Assembly (NCBI GenBank): GCA_964016885.1
Contig: OZ024750.1
Location: 31,372,001-31,436,000 of the forward strand
Reading direction: 5' to 3'
Source: Eledone cirrhosa
Taxonomy: Eukaryota
DNA length: 64,000 bases
Shown here one piece after another: positions 13,700 through 26,392 of this stretch. Position 1 is the stretch's first letter; each line of letters opens with the position of its first letter. The notes under the pieces are model-generated. The model saw only the letters and a program-made list of their open reading frames with translations, was not told where the DNA came from and did not search any database. Made by a program: the position numbers and the translations under genes.

Positions 13700-15410
13700 C
13701 ATCTGGTACACCAATTTGATCCTTAGGGGTGAGAAGGAGCAAATTAAGACTGATACAATACACTACCAGAAAGGCTTCTTTCAGGGTGATAGTTTATCAG
13801 TGCTGCTCTTCGTCCTCTCACTAAACCCACTATCATACCTGCACACAAAACAAAGTGGTCATGGAAGTGGGTCCAGAAGTATCCTCCATCTTTTATTTGT
13901 TGATGACCTGAAGTTGTATGGGCCAAATATCAACTATATAAAAAAAAACAATTGGACCACATTACACAATTTTCTGCAGACATCAGAATGAAATTTGGTG
14001 AGTCCAAATGTGAATATTTGACAGTAAAACGTGAAAGGTTTGTGCCCTCTTCTGGAAATCTAGAGATGAACAGCTTGACAATACAACCTCTACAGTCAGG
14101 TGACAATTACAGATATATTGAACAGGATTAGAATTTCAGATATGATGGACCCATAAATAAGGAGAGAACCACAACTGAATACCCCAGGAGAGTAAAGAAA
14201 ATATGGTCATCAGAACTATCAGCATACAACAAATATATTGCCCACAATACTTATGCTGTGCCAAAGCTTCTCAGTGTTACTGGAAACTTTAACATCAATG
14301 GTGATGTGAATAGGCTATACTTCTCACGCAAGGAAGGTGGCCGGGGCCTAAAATTCATATTAACATCATACGAGACCCGAATAGTAACACTGAAGCAACA
14401 TCTTCAGCAGAAGAAAAAAGGCCAGCAACCACCTTGCCCAGAAAATAATATCATTAGGATAGCCACTATCTGGAGGAGAGATCTGGAATGAGACCTGATA
14501 TAAATCTCTCTCCCAGGGAAATTGGAAGATCCTATTCAATGTTCGACAGGATTAAAAAATGGACCAATTTACAGAGAAAGTTGTGCATGGGTACCTGAGA
14601 CGAAAAACAGACCATAGAGGGGATAAATCATTCAAAAAGCCTGGCATGGAGTTCCGACAAGTTTATGACATCCCACCTTGAAGGATATCTCTATGCAATA
14701 CAGGAACAATAAATCACTACCAAATATATGCTACACAAAATAGGACGGCCATCAGTCGGCAAACATGTAGGCTTTGTAAAACGAAGATCGAAGATGTTAG
14801 CCACATTGTTGCAAACTGCGAAAGAATGTCGTCTCGCTACTACCTGCCTATGAGACACGATGTGATAGCTAGAACCATCTGGAGCGCATTTAGGAAAACA
14901 AAATTAAAAACAAATGAGGAGGAATATGTTGAGATAGATGGCACTAAAGAATACTGGTGGAACGTGAAAATAAAAATGCCACCAAATGAAAGCACAACCG
15001 GCCTGATATTGTTGTTTGGGACCACACATTGAACATGTGCTCTGTTGTAGAGATCAGCTGCCCACTTAATGTCAACGCTGTAAGAAAAATACAAGAGAAG
15101 GAGGACATCAACGGACCATTGATGAGGTGTTTACAAATCCAGTATCCAAGATACACCTTTAGCTTCATACCCATCATTATTGGAGCTACAGGTTATATAC
15201 CAACCCGCTTGGACCAAAGTATTACTAAACTTGTATTTAAGGACAAAGAGCGCAACTCCCTAATTCATAGAACACAAATGGCTGCGATCGCTGGCATCTT
15301 CAAAATGTTCAAAACATTCTTGCGATTCAAGAGATGACAATTTCTTTTCTTTTACAACCTTTTTACCAGGAAGGTGGCCAGTCAAATATATTCTCGAAAT
15401 CAAAAGAGAG
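13700..15410 (+). mobile_element. 5'-truncated R4-clade non-LTR retrotransposon (RT, CCHC, RLE) with frameshifts
   Basis: KGFFQGDSLS..HLLFVDDLKLY, RLYFSRKEGGRGL, CRLC..HIVANC, RHDVIA, HNRPDIV, VEISCP, FIPIIIGATG. Flanked by (CATA)n. Confidence 0.9.
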
Positions 15411-15702
15411 AGACATATACATACATACATGTTGTTTGTATGCATGCACGCATGCATACATTCATACAATTGTTAGACATTCTTTCGTCGATTACCTAGA
15501 ATTTTAATGACTAAAATATTTTGTAGTTAACGCTGTCAGACACAAAAAGCAGCTACCTTCAAATATTTTCACTATTCATGTATCGTTAAGAGCTTTGAGA
15601 ACATGTTAATGTTATATGTGTTTTGTACAATAAATGAAGTCCGAAGTCGTGTTAGAATTTATCATTTTAGTTAAATAAAAGAGTGGGAAGGAGGAAAGGA
15701 GT

Positions 15703-15786
<84 letters not shown>

Positions 15787-16156
15787 GAGAGAGAGAGACG
15801 TTTAATATTTACGTATATCGTCTACACCATCTTCCCACAAATCATTAGTCCAATATATTTAGCCAATTAATCTAAATATTCCTATAAAGAGGTTAGAGGG
15901 TAGAAATTTGGCTCTTGATTTCACAGTCCATTTATTATAATCTCAATATTCATATCATGTAATCTCTTAGAACTTTATATGGAAAAATATAATCACAAAG
16001 ATGGCGATCATTTAAATTCACGTAATTTCAGTTTTGTGACCATTTTATTGCTTTTGATTTTCACCTCCTTTCTCTCCTGTTTTTCACTATCTACCTTTCC
16101 TAATAAAATTTGTTCATACCACAGAGCGAAATTAAAGTCGAATAATGAAGTACAAA

Positions 16157-16470
16157 TGGCGACAAGTGGTTAGAACGTCGGATAGAATGATTTACGGTAT
16201 TCATTCTGGCTATGTGTGTTGAGTTCAAATTCCACCGAGGTCAACTTTGTCTTTCATCCTTTTGAGGTCGATAAGAAAATGTACCAGTCAATTACTGGGA
16301 CCTATTCTTCCTCTAATTCTATTTCGCATCTCTTCTCTATCAGTCTCTCTCTCTCCTTGGAAGAAACCGACTGTGTTCAAACCTGGAGAGGAGATGGGCT
16401 CGGTGAGGTTTTAAATGACAAAGAAGCACTGTAGATCAGCACGACCTCACTAAGAGTTATGGGTCCATAC
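16157..16470 (+). mobile_element. OK-like SINE with extended tail
   Basis: Same architecture as 13349. Confidence 0.7.
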
Positions 16471-16524
16471 ATACATAATAAAGTATGAGTTGTGTATTGA
16501 GTAAGAAACATGGATGTTCTATAC

Positions 16525-16555
<31 letters not shown>

Positions 16556-16567
16556 CATGCATATAGA

Positions 16568-16686
<119 letters not shown>

Positions 16687-16719
16687 CTCCGAGAAAACCT
16701 ACTGAAAGCTTGTGATCAG

Positions 16720-17180
16720 TTCTGCAACTGCAGCAGGGTTCCTTCTCGACTGCGTGCGACGTGGTACCCAAATAATATGGTAGATAGTTCCAGAAAAGGA
16801 GAAAGACAAGCCTAAAAAAACTAGAGGAAAGGGAGAAATAGATAACAATACTTAATAGCTAGAAGAGAGGCTAGATGACATGTATACATCTCAAGGCCGT
16901 AAGGATCAGAGGTGGATTGCGAGATATTGTGCTTGAAAAAATAGGTCGTAGTTGCGGAAAGTATGTTCGAAATGATAATGGAGCACTTACACATTTATAT
17001 ACTTAGAAGAACGCGGCATGGTGGGCCTACTGTGATAGATGACGGAATGAAGAAAATATATGGGAGATTGAAGGCCTAACAGATGGAGACCAAGCTGAGG
17101 TACCAGCTATAACATTTGACAGAAGGGTGACACATAAAACAATTTAGGATATGAAGGTAGGGAAAGAAACTTGAACGGTA
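16720..17180 (+). mobile_element. Decayed RTE-type LINE internal fragment
   Basis: GKYVRNDNGALT..AAWWAYCDR*RNEENIW resembles the RTE linker upstream of RT. Confidence 0.5.
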
Positions 17181-17612
17181 CCATTTTATGGCTGACTGAA
17201 TACATACGTTTTTTCTGAAGAATATTTTTTTCCGTTCCTTCTTTTCAGTCTCTATCTTTCCATTTCAACTTTTATTTTCTTGTGTGTCCAAAATGTTAAG
17301 TAACTTTTCCTGCTATAACATGCGTTAAACTAATATAATTCTTCATTGTATTCTGTTGTTGCAGTTTAGTTTTTAAACGCAAACACACACACGCAGACAC
17401 AGACACACACACACACACACACACACGAACCCACTCACAGACACACACACAGACAGACACGAACACACACAGACACAGACGCACACACACGCACACACAC
17501 ACACTCAAACACACTCACAGACCCCCCCCCCACACACACATATATATACTATATACACATACAATATTCGGATTCAGATAACAACACATTTTCAAACGTT
17601 ATTCTTCAATAG

Positions 17613-17843
17613 ACTCAAAGAAGTGAGTTTAATAATCTTTGGAGGGTAATAAAAGAAGTTTGTTCTTTGACAGATCCATTCTTCTGTAATCTAATATACC
17701 GGACACTGTTACGTATCCATGAGATAACACAGGAGTTTAGGACCGTGTGGAAAATTCATTATTGTTCTGAAACATGTTTAGAATCATTTATTAAGAATCT
17801 CCGGGATCAGATTTCCCAAGAGATGAGAAATCTTCACGACTAG
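17613..17843 (+). other. Candidate terminal coding exon of an unknown or decayed gene
   Basis: Acceptor ttattcttcaatag followed by 76 open codons in phase 0 (TQRSEFNNLWRVIKEVCSL...QEMRNLHD*). Confidence 0.3.
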
Positions 17844-18554
17844 TCATCGTTGATCGATCGACATGTTTATATAATGTGAAATATATGTTAACACCTGACA
17901 AGAATATTTAGTTTTAACACTTTATTTGACTATCTAATCTTAAAATAATTTGCTGTTAACTGTTTGCAAATAAACAGCTGAAAATATTAATTTCGTTGTC
18001 GATCTTTATCATTTTAACCATCTTGCATACATTTCGTTACTGTTTCTGAAGTGAATATTCTGCAAAAAAGTCACAAGAATGTGAGCGTTGAAAATGCGTA
18101 GGCAACTGCAGTTTATTGGATATTAAATACCGAACTTGACGAACTTATAAAGTTTACAATCAATTGATATGCAATACATAAAATGCTTTCTATCTAGTAG
18201 TGAATTTTTGTTGAATAACCGGTTTGGCTAAATATTTTAGAAAAATTAAAGACAAATCTCAGCAAAGAGTGAGTATCTTACAATCGATATTACTTTATGT
18301 ACTGTCTAAACTCCAACATCTATAATGTGTTAATGCCAGAAGACGACAGCAGGTAGTTCAGCTTTATCGTAAATGATAATATTTCTTTATTTGTTAAAAT
18401 AGTGATCATGCCTTTGCTGATTACACGCAATAATTTTTCTTCGAATTTTAGCGCAAAAATATCTCAGTGAGATTACACTGCGTTACGTAATATTTGATCA
18501 ACGCAGCATTCAAGTAACTTTGATGGAATTAATTATTAACTCATGTAAAGCCTG

Positions 18555-19045
18555 TAGTTGTTGGAAGTGTTGTTCCGGGTAGATGCAGGTCTGGAAGGGT
18601 TGGTCCGGGTAGCTGCAGTGTCAGGAAGGGTTGGTCCGGATAGCTCATGTTTCTGGAAGGGTTGTTCAGGGTAGTTGCAGTTTCCAGATGTGTTGTTTCT
18701 GGAAATATTGTTCCGGGTATCTTTCGTCCTGGAAGTATAGTTCCGGATAGCTGCAGTTTCTGAAAGGATTTATCCGGATAACTGCAGTTTTCAGAAGTGT
18801 TGTTCCGGGTATATCCAGTTTCTGGAATTGCTCTGGGTAGTTGTAGTTTCTGGAAGGGTTGTTCCGGGTAGCTGTAGGTCTGGAAGTGTGGTTCCGGGTA
18901 GCTTCACTTTCGGGAAAATTTATTCCGAGTAGCTGCAGTTTCTAGAAGGGCTATTACGGGTATATGCAGTTTTTGGAAGGGTTGTTCCGGATAACTGCAG
19001 TTATTGAAAATGTTGTTCCAGGTAGCTCAAATAATTGGAAGTGCT
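18555..19045. repeat. Degenerate minisatellite of about 31 bp
   Basis: Unit gttccgggtagctgcagtttctggaagggtt. Confidence 0.88.
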
Positions 19046-19307
19046 GTTTCAGCACACTATATAAATTTGGCCGTCTGACAGGTAGTTTCTTAAGCAGCGT
19101 TTTATGTTGTTTTCTTAATATGGTATTGATTACTTTTTTTTATTTTGAATCGATAAAGTGTAACGGAGTTGAAAGATTTAATGAAGTTAATGTTAGAATG
19201 TGAGAGTTTTTATTGTTGAAAATCTCTTCTATTTTCTGTTTTTCGTTTTTGTGTAGTATAATGGTTTGGTTTAGTGGCCTAAATCAGTGTCGTAATTTAG
19301 AGTGGAA

Positions 19308-19595
19308 AGGCCCGAATTGGTAGACTCGTTAGAACGTGGGATAGAATAAGTTGTGGTATTCGTTTCAGCTTTCTGCTCTTTGAGTTCAAATTCCCAAATC
19401 CTACCGAAGTTGACTTTGCCTTTCATCCTTACGAGGTCGATATAAAAAAAATATCAGTCTAGTACTAGTGTCGATTCTTCATCTATATCTCTTTCTCAAT
19501 CCTTCACTGAAAGAAATCTGCTGTACATAGGCCTAGAGAGGCTTAAACTGCCCGAGAAACGTAGTATGTCAATACGGAACCCCTATAGACCCAAA
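19308..19595 (+). mobile_element. OK-like SINE with extended tail
   Basis: Same architecture as 13349. Confidence 0.7.
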
Positions 19596-20984
19596 GGAAG
19601 ATACAGGACCATATAACATACCATATTAATTCAGAGTTGAGCTGTATAGATAAGTGATATCAAAAATAAGAATCCTCAAACATTTTGAGGTTGGACATAG
19701 ATGTGGGATATATTCATATTTTGTTTCTTCATTGTGATTTTTATTGAGCTTCAGATTTGTTGAAATATTTCTGAAAATTAAGATAATTTGTTGATGTTGG
19801 TGACTGAACTGATGCTTTGAAGTGTTAAGTGTTTTAAGTGTATGTCTGGGAATTTGTCTGATCTTGAGTCTCTGGAGTTCAGTGTTTAGATTATTGATGC
19901 TGTTGTGAATGTTTAGACAATTGCTGAGGTTGTTAATGTTTAGATTATTGCTGTTGTTTTTAATGTTTAGACCATTACTGATGCTGCTAATGAGTCCATA
20001 AAATATTCTACATTTGGGTTTGGTTTTCTTGTCGATAAATTGATTGTAAATTTATTTATTTGTTTTTATACAGTTCCTTTGTTATTTATTTCTTTGGTTG
20101 TTCCATGCAGAGTTTTACTTTAGTTTTTATGTAGTTTCGCTGTATTTTGCGTGACGTTGTCTTTTTCGTTTCACAGTTTGGCGATTTATTGCGTGCAATC
20201 TAGCTTGAGTCTTTAATGTTTCTTCATGTGGTCTGTACTTTGATTCTAAACAGTTTCTTCGCCTTTCTTGGTCTTTTTTATTTTTATTTTGTGTTTATTT
20301 TAATACACCAGTCACTACTAAAAGGCGAATCTTTTCCTTCGTTCCTTTCTTCTTCTTCTTCTTCTTCTTCTTCTTCTTCTTCTTCTTCTTCTTCTTTCTT
20401 TCTTTCTTTCTTTTTTTTTCAATTTCTTTCTTCTTTTTCTAATCTTTTCTTTATTATTTTCGTTTTTTTCTCCTAACTTTCTCATTGATATATCTGTATA
20501 CTGACCTTGATTTGTGAAGATTATTTAGGGCAAACATTAGATAAGATCAAAGAGGCAAATGAAACATATATCGATACCTTAGGGTCAGTTTAAGTAGAGT
20601 CCTTTACTCTAAATAAATGTTATGATCGAATCCCGATGTAGGAACGAAACATGGTCTTTAACCTGCTGTTTGTTTGCTGTCTGCTGAGTGTTGTCTCCAA
20701 ATGTATGAACCAAATTTATGATCTTTAATCTGTTGTTTGCCTTCTGCCGAGGAATGTAGGAATCAAACTTATGGTCGTTAGCCTGATATTGGTTTACTGT
20801 CAGCTGAATAGGATAAGGTTTTATTACCCTTCAAATAGAATTATATTTGATTAATTTCCATGATTTTAAAATATGTTTCATTTCTAAAATTTTGCGGGTT
20901 TAGAATTTGTTATTCTATTCTCTTGTATCCTGTTTTTGTATATCTTTATTCTCTACTTTTATATTTTTTACAATTTATTTGCAA

Positions 20985-21120
20985 TATGGTGACCCTGTGA
21001 TAAACAGACGAAACTCCAGAGTAACAGGTTTCACTGTCTAGCCTTTAAAAAAAATGAATATTAAAACTCTACTTTGGTATTGAGTACTCTTTTCTCTTAG
21101 CCGTCAATCACACACGGATA
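20985..21120 (+). mobile_element. PLE 3' end with degenerate HHR
   Basis: tggtga-ccctgtgataaacagac-GAAA-CTCcaGA-GTA, then an AT-rich tail ending in (TA)n. Homologous to 37128-37323. Confidence 0.55.
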
Positions 21121-21209
21121 TATATATATATATATTCGATCGACTTTCGTCAAATCAGACTGATGAAATAATGTTTCCACTGGTATTTCCAATTGCTAAT
21201 ACTCTCTAT

Positions 21210-21348
21210 CGGTCGCAACTCCAGGTAGAAAGAGCAACGTGAAATAAAGTGTATTGCTCAAGGACATAACGCATCACCCGGTCTGCGAATCGAACTCGCA
21301 ACCTCACGATTGCGAATCCAATTCTCTAACCACTCAGCCACGCGCCTT
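21210..21348 (-). mobile_element. tRNA-derived CORE-like SINE
   Basis: ggcgcgtggctgagtggttag..gagttcgattc..tgtccttgagcaatacactttatttcac. Confidence 0.8.
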
Positions 21349-22219
21349 CTATATATACACACATAAACCTGGTAATGTAATCCATCACTGAGAATTCTGG
21401 TCCGTTTAAAACATTATATACATCTATAAGTGAACTGATTAGTTTATTTTGAAAATTTTCTAGTAAACACCATTAATGCTGTTTCAGAATCTGCTAAACT
21501 TCCGTCATCCTCCGGCTAACTTAAACATTTCTTTAAAAATAATGTCTAATAGCTACAGAGAAGAAGAAACCATATTTATATGTGTATACAATAACTTGCA
21601 TATAATTATTAGTTTGTCTAGTGTAAGCATTCTCTTCACGCTGAACAATATGATCAATAATAGCCAAATGGAGAGAAACATCGACAGATAAGATTCTTGA
21701 AACTAAGACCATAAGATATGACCCTCAATTATATTTTACAGGAAGACTGTTTATATATATTTAAGCATATAGTCGCAGTATATGTTTAAGCATATTTATA
21801 ATATATGGAATTTTGATTTTCATAGTTTGTTTACACCAAATGTCATATTTTGGTTTTGTAAACGCACTCGTTTACTGTTGCTTTTGCTGTTTAACACTAA
21901 ATCAATTCCGATTAAGCATAACTATGATCAAATACGCTCCACTCGTGTCCATTCCAGTTCTCTGTGTATGTTGGACAATATTTTCTAATGTTTTGGGACG
22001 GTAATTTGTGATTTCAAGTAAATCTCCTGCCATTTCTGTGAAGTTAAGTAATAGTATTTGTTTGTCTGCCTAGCTTATACTCTCATAAATAGAGTTTATC
22101 CTACTGTTAACCAAATTAAAAAAAAAAATTTTAAATTAATTATAATAATTTTAAAAATAAAAGAGTGAGGTATATATTAATTAAGTTTATAATATTTGAC
22201 GGTTTTTCTAATGATTGCA

Positions 22220-22998
22220 TCATATAATTAACTCCTGTCGCTTATTTAATAGGATATCATTAGATTTCATGATTTCAAATAGTTCTTGGGAGTATAACCT
22301 ACACTCATATCTACTATTTTGATAAGAGGTTGCCCTTTTGAGCACGCTCCAGGTCAGGTTGTAATTAATATTCTTCTTTCTATAATTATTAATTGCTTCA
22401 GCCAAGGAGGTTGTATTAGCTAATGCGGCATTTTTAAAACTATGTTTGTGGGTATTAAATCTTACTTTAAATTGGTTAGATGTAGCTCCTATATAGGATT
22501 GAGTGGAGTCCTTAGTTACGCATTTATAGACTATGTTATTAATAAGACAATTTCCCTTTAATGGGCAATTTCTTTTGATTCTACAGTTACAGCCAATCGT
22601 AAATATTGTGTCAGGAGAGTTAATTGTGTTATCTATAGTGGTATTAGTGTTACTATTTTCATTAATGTATGGTTTATAATGGGTTGTAATTAGATTAGTA
22701 TGGTTAGACAGGTTGTTGGTGGGTGATAGTTTAGGGGATGTGGAGCTACTAGAGTTCTGTTTGTTTTGGAGATTATTAGTCAAAACTGGTGTGGAGTTTA
22801 CTATTATAGGTAAAGAAGAAGGTGGTTTGTTTTGGTTTATTTTAGTATTATTATGGTTGGTTTGATGTGTTGGTGATATATTTATGCTTTTTTTACACTT
22901 ATATATGTTGTAAGCACTTATATTCTGTTGTATATTCTTGGTAGTGGAGTAGGAAAATTTGACAGTTGAGCTATTTATAATTTGATGGATTTTATGTA
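22220..22998 (-). pseudogene. Penelope-like element C-terminus: RT thumb end, Cys motif and GIY-YIG endonuclease
   Basis: IINSSTVKFSYSTTKNI, CNCRIKRNCPLKGNCLINNIVYKC, YIGATSNQFKVRFNTHKHSF, LLNKRQEL. Confidence 0.9.
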
Positions 22999-23089
22999 CT
23001 CGATACGTGGGGTAGTAGAGTATGGTTATATGAGCTGGAACTAGCTGTTGAAACGGCAATAACTCAGTCGTCGGGGTCTCGGCACTTGC

Positions 23090-23142
<53 letters not shown>

Positions 23143-23295
23143 TAAGATGTATGGTAGGCCGTATGTGAATCGCGATGATCACGTCTGACTTACCAAATAT
23201 GTGACGGTAGCTAGTTAAGCTCTATGCGTATACGCAGAGCAGAAATATTAGTGAAAAAGAACAAAGGAACTATTATGACATTATAACAAGTTTAT

Positions 23296-23342
23296 TGCCG
23301 ACAGCCGTTTCGTCCGACCCCATGGTGGGACTTATCAAGGCA
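23296..23342 (-). ncRNA. Minimal type I hammerhead ribozyme (U3:A8 variant), inverted copy
   Basis: Reverse complement of 25786-25832. Confidence 0.87.
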
Positions 23343-25785
23343 TATAACATGTGATTGCAAGATCATTGTTTACATCAACGTATCACTCAAGGCTAGCAGT
23401 TTGAAATTGTTGTATACATCAGCAACTCCGCTTTAAGGGGGGCTCTTTTATATTAGTTGTCGGGGTCAGGGATTGAAGTTTAAAAATTAGACAAAAATAT
23501 ATAATTCACGCATCAACATTAAACCAAAAGACTTGGGGTCCCGTAGAAGCACCTCAGAAAATCCCTCAATGAGTGCATAAAGCTTATAGGCTCCAATACA
23601 CCTATTAGTCTAGAAGAAAATTAAGAGGCTAATAAAATAAGAAAATAAAAATAAAAAGTTTCCCTAAAAAATATATAGAGTTCCTATGAAATTTCTTCTA
23701 GAGAAAAAAATTTTTTCCGAAAGAAAAAAACCTTCTTCCCCCGAGATCACGTTTACAAAATTCAGAAAACTGAATTGAAAACTAGGTTGAAAGAAACTAA
23801 TCAATTAGAGGTTAATTCAGAGAGCCTTCCATAAATCTCTCAGAAAAGGCCCCTTTACTATTTCCAATAGGAACTTCTTCCGAGAGACCCTTCGAAGAAT
23901 TAAAATTTTAGAGAGCCTTTGAGGATAAATATAAAAACGAATTGAGGAAAATTATACATTAAAAGTTAAAAATTAAAAATTACGGTATTTGGGATATCCG
24001 AGGAATTTTCAAAGGGCTGCTTCAACAGATACAACCTAGGCATAATAGGTACAATAATCTAAGCAATTTAAGCAATTTAATTAGGGAGCAATTCAAGGAG
24101 TTTATCAAGTTTGGCAAGATTAAAGAAAGTGGTAACTAAGAAAATACATAAGCAAAAGGACAATAGTCATAAAATGTATCTTTAAGAAGGTACAAGGTAG
24201 CTTCAGTGATCTAACCCTGTATTATCACAAAAAAACATTCTAAAATTATTAATACAGGATTAAAAATTATTACAAAATCATTACAAAGTTACCACAAAAT
24301 CATTACAAAATTATCAAATCATCACAAAATTACCACAAAATCATTACAAAACTATCAAATTATCATAAAATTATCGCAAAATTATTACAAAATTATCATA
24401 AAATTATTACAAAAATATAACAGGATGAACATTACTGGTGACCGTGTGGGCGCGATATCCATTCTGCCTATGCAGTCCCCTGCACAGCTCCAGGCACGAT
24501 ATCCACTAGGCGTAAGCAGTCATCTGCATAGCTCCAGGCGCAGCTGGTCTTGTTTAAACGTTCATAGATCACCTGGGGTTCACTATTATCTGCGGGGACT
24601 CTCTGGGAGATGTACCTGTGGATCTAATAGCCAGTGGTTGCCGGATGTGGTCCGTTCGATCCTTTAGTTTCAGGGGTTGAACGCTTTCGCCATAGACGAG
24701 CCTGCTGGTTCTAAGTCCAAGGTTTTGCCACGCATGATGTATTGGTCCACATGCTATATTGTTAAAAAACCAGTGTGGATTTGACTGGGGTGGTATATTA
24801 CGAACTCCAAGTCCACACGCGACTGGTCAAAAGCGAAGGGCTGTCCTCTCTTTGTTTGCTGTATGGGTCGTTCTCAGCTTAGATGGTGGTCGTGTTATCT
24901 AAGCTGAGAACGACCCATTCACTGAAGCTACCTTGTACCTTCTTAAAGATACATTTTATGACTATTGTCCTTTTGCTTATGTATTTTCTTAGTTACCACT
25001 TTCTTTAATCTTGCCCAACTTGATAAACTCCTTGAATTGCTCCCTAATTAAATTGCTTAAATTGCTTAGATTATTGTACCTATTATGCCTAGGTTGTATC
25101 TGTTGAAGCAGCCCTTTGAAAATTCCTCGGATATCCCAAATACCGTAATTTTTAATTTTTAACTTTTAATGTATAATTTTCCTCAATTCTTTTTTATATT
25201 TATCCTCAAAGGCTCTCTAAAATTTTAATTCTTCGAAGGGTCTCTCGGAAGAAGTTCCTATTGGAAATAGTAAAGGGGCCTTTTCTGAGAGATTTATGGA
25301 AGGCTCTCTGAATTAACCTCTAATTGATTAGTTTCTTTCAACCTAGTTTTCAATTCAGTTTTCTGAATTTTGTAAACGTGATCTCGGGGGAAGAAGGTTT
25401 TTTTCTTTCGGAAAAAATTTTTTTCTCTAGAAGAAATTTCATAGGAACTCTATATATTTTTTAGGGAAACTTTTTATTTTTATTTTCTTATTTTATTAGC
25501 CTCTTAATTTTCTTCTAGACTAATAGGTGTATTGGAGCCTATAAGCTTTATGCACTCATTGAGGGATTTTCTGAGGTGCTTCTACGGGACCCCAAGTCTT
25601 TTAGTTTAATGTTGATGCGTGAATTATATATTTTTGTCTAATTTTTAAACTTCAATCCCTGACCCCGACAACTAATATAAAAGAGCCCCCCTTAAAGCGG
25701 AGTTGCTGATGTATACAACAATTTCAAACTGCTAGCCTTGAGTGATACGTTGATGTAAACAATGATCTTGCAATCACATGTTATA

Positions 25786-25832
25786 TGCCTTGATAAGTCC
25801 CACCATGGGGTCGGACGAAACGGCTGTCGGCA
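25786..25832 (+). ncRNA. Minimal type I hammerhead ribozyme (U3:A8 variant)
   Basis: TGCC-TTGATAA-GTCC-caccatggggtc-GGAC-GAAA-CGGCT-GTC-GGCA, immediately followed by AATAAA. Stem III ACGGCTGT is self-complementary with G-U pairs. Confidence 0.87.
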
Positions 25833-25876
25833 ATAAACTTGTTATAATGTCATAATAGTTCCTTTGTTCTTTTTCA

Positions 25877-25924
<48 letters not shown>

Positions 25925-26197
25925 TATGCGTGTGTGTGCGTACGAAAAGAGACAAGCGTAAATACATATACACATCATTACCCTTAATATTGTTAACCTT
26001 CAGGATGATTAACCAAATATTTCAGAAATTGTTTCGAATTCTATTTCATATCATTTAACAATTATATCAATGGCAGTCATATATTGTATGTTAGCCTCAC
26101 GGGGAATCGATGACAATTTTATCTTACGAATATGGTCTTCTTTCAATGTTACTGCAGTGTTAAATAACAGAAAGACAGATTAGATTTTTCTTTCTAA

Positions 26198-26392
26198 CTT
26201 TGGCATAAGGCCAGCAATTTCGGTGAAGAGGAAAGAGGTTTACATAGACCCAAAGTACTTAATTTTCTTTTTTATTTTACCGACCTCGGATGAAAGGCAA
26301 AGTACACCGCAGTGGTATTCGATATCAGAACATTGAAAGCCGTAATTGCATACAGCAAATGGTTCAGTCCAGTGCTTTACCGACAGTGCCAA
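26198..26392 (-). mobile_element. OK-like SINE (degenerate)
   Basis: ggatgaaaggcaaag body and taaggccagcaattt tail. Confidence 0.6.

Larger units (their letters stand above)
23141..25883. mobile_element. HHR-bearing element with 965-bp inverted arms (23245-24209 and 24919-25883), probably PLE-derived
   Basis: Near-identical inverted arms (at least 3 substitutions seen), (TA)n on both sides, and a 54-nt hairpin at the junction (24864-24918). Confidence 0.8.

Noticed and set aside
23245-25883. Large inverted repeat as a sequencing fold-back artefact
   Set aside because: The arms differ by several substitutions and have a distinct spacer and asymmetric ends. The seemingly identical 592-nt units still need long-read confirmation.
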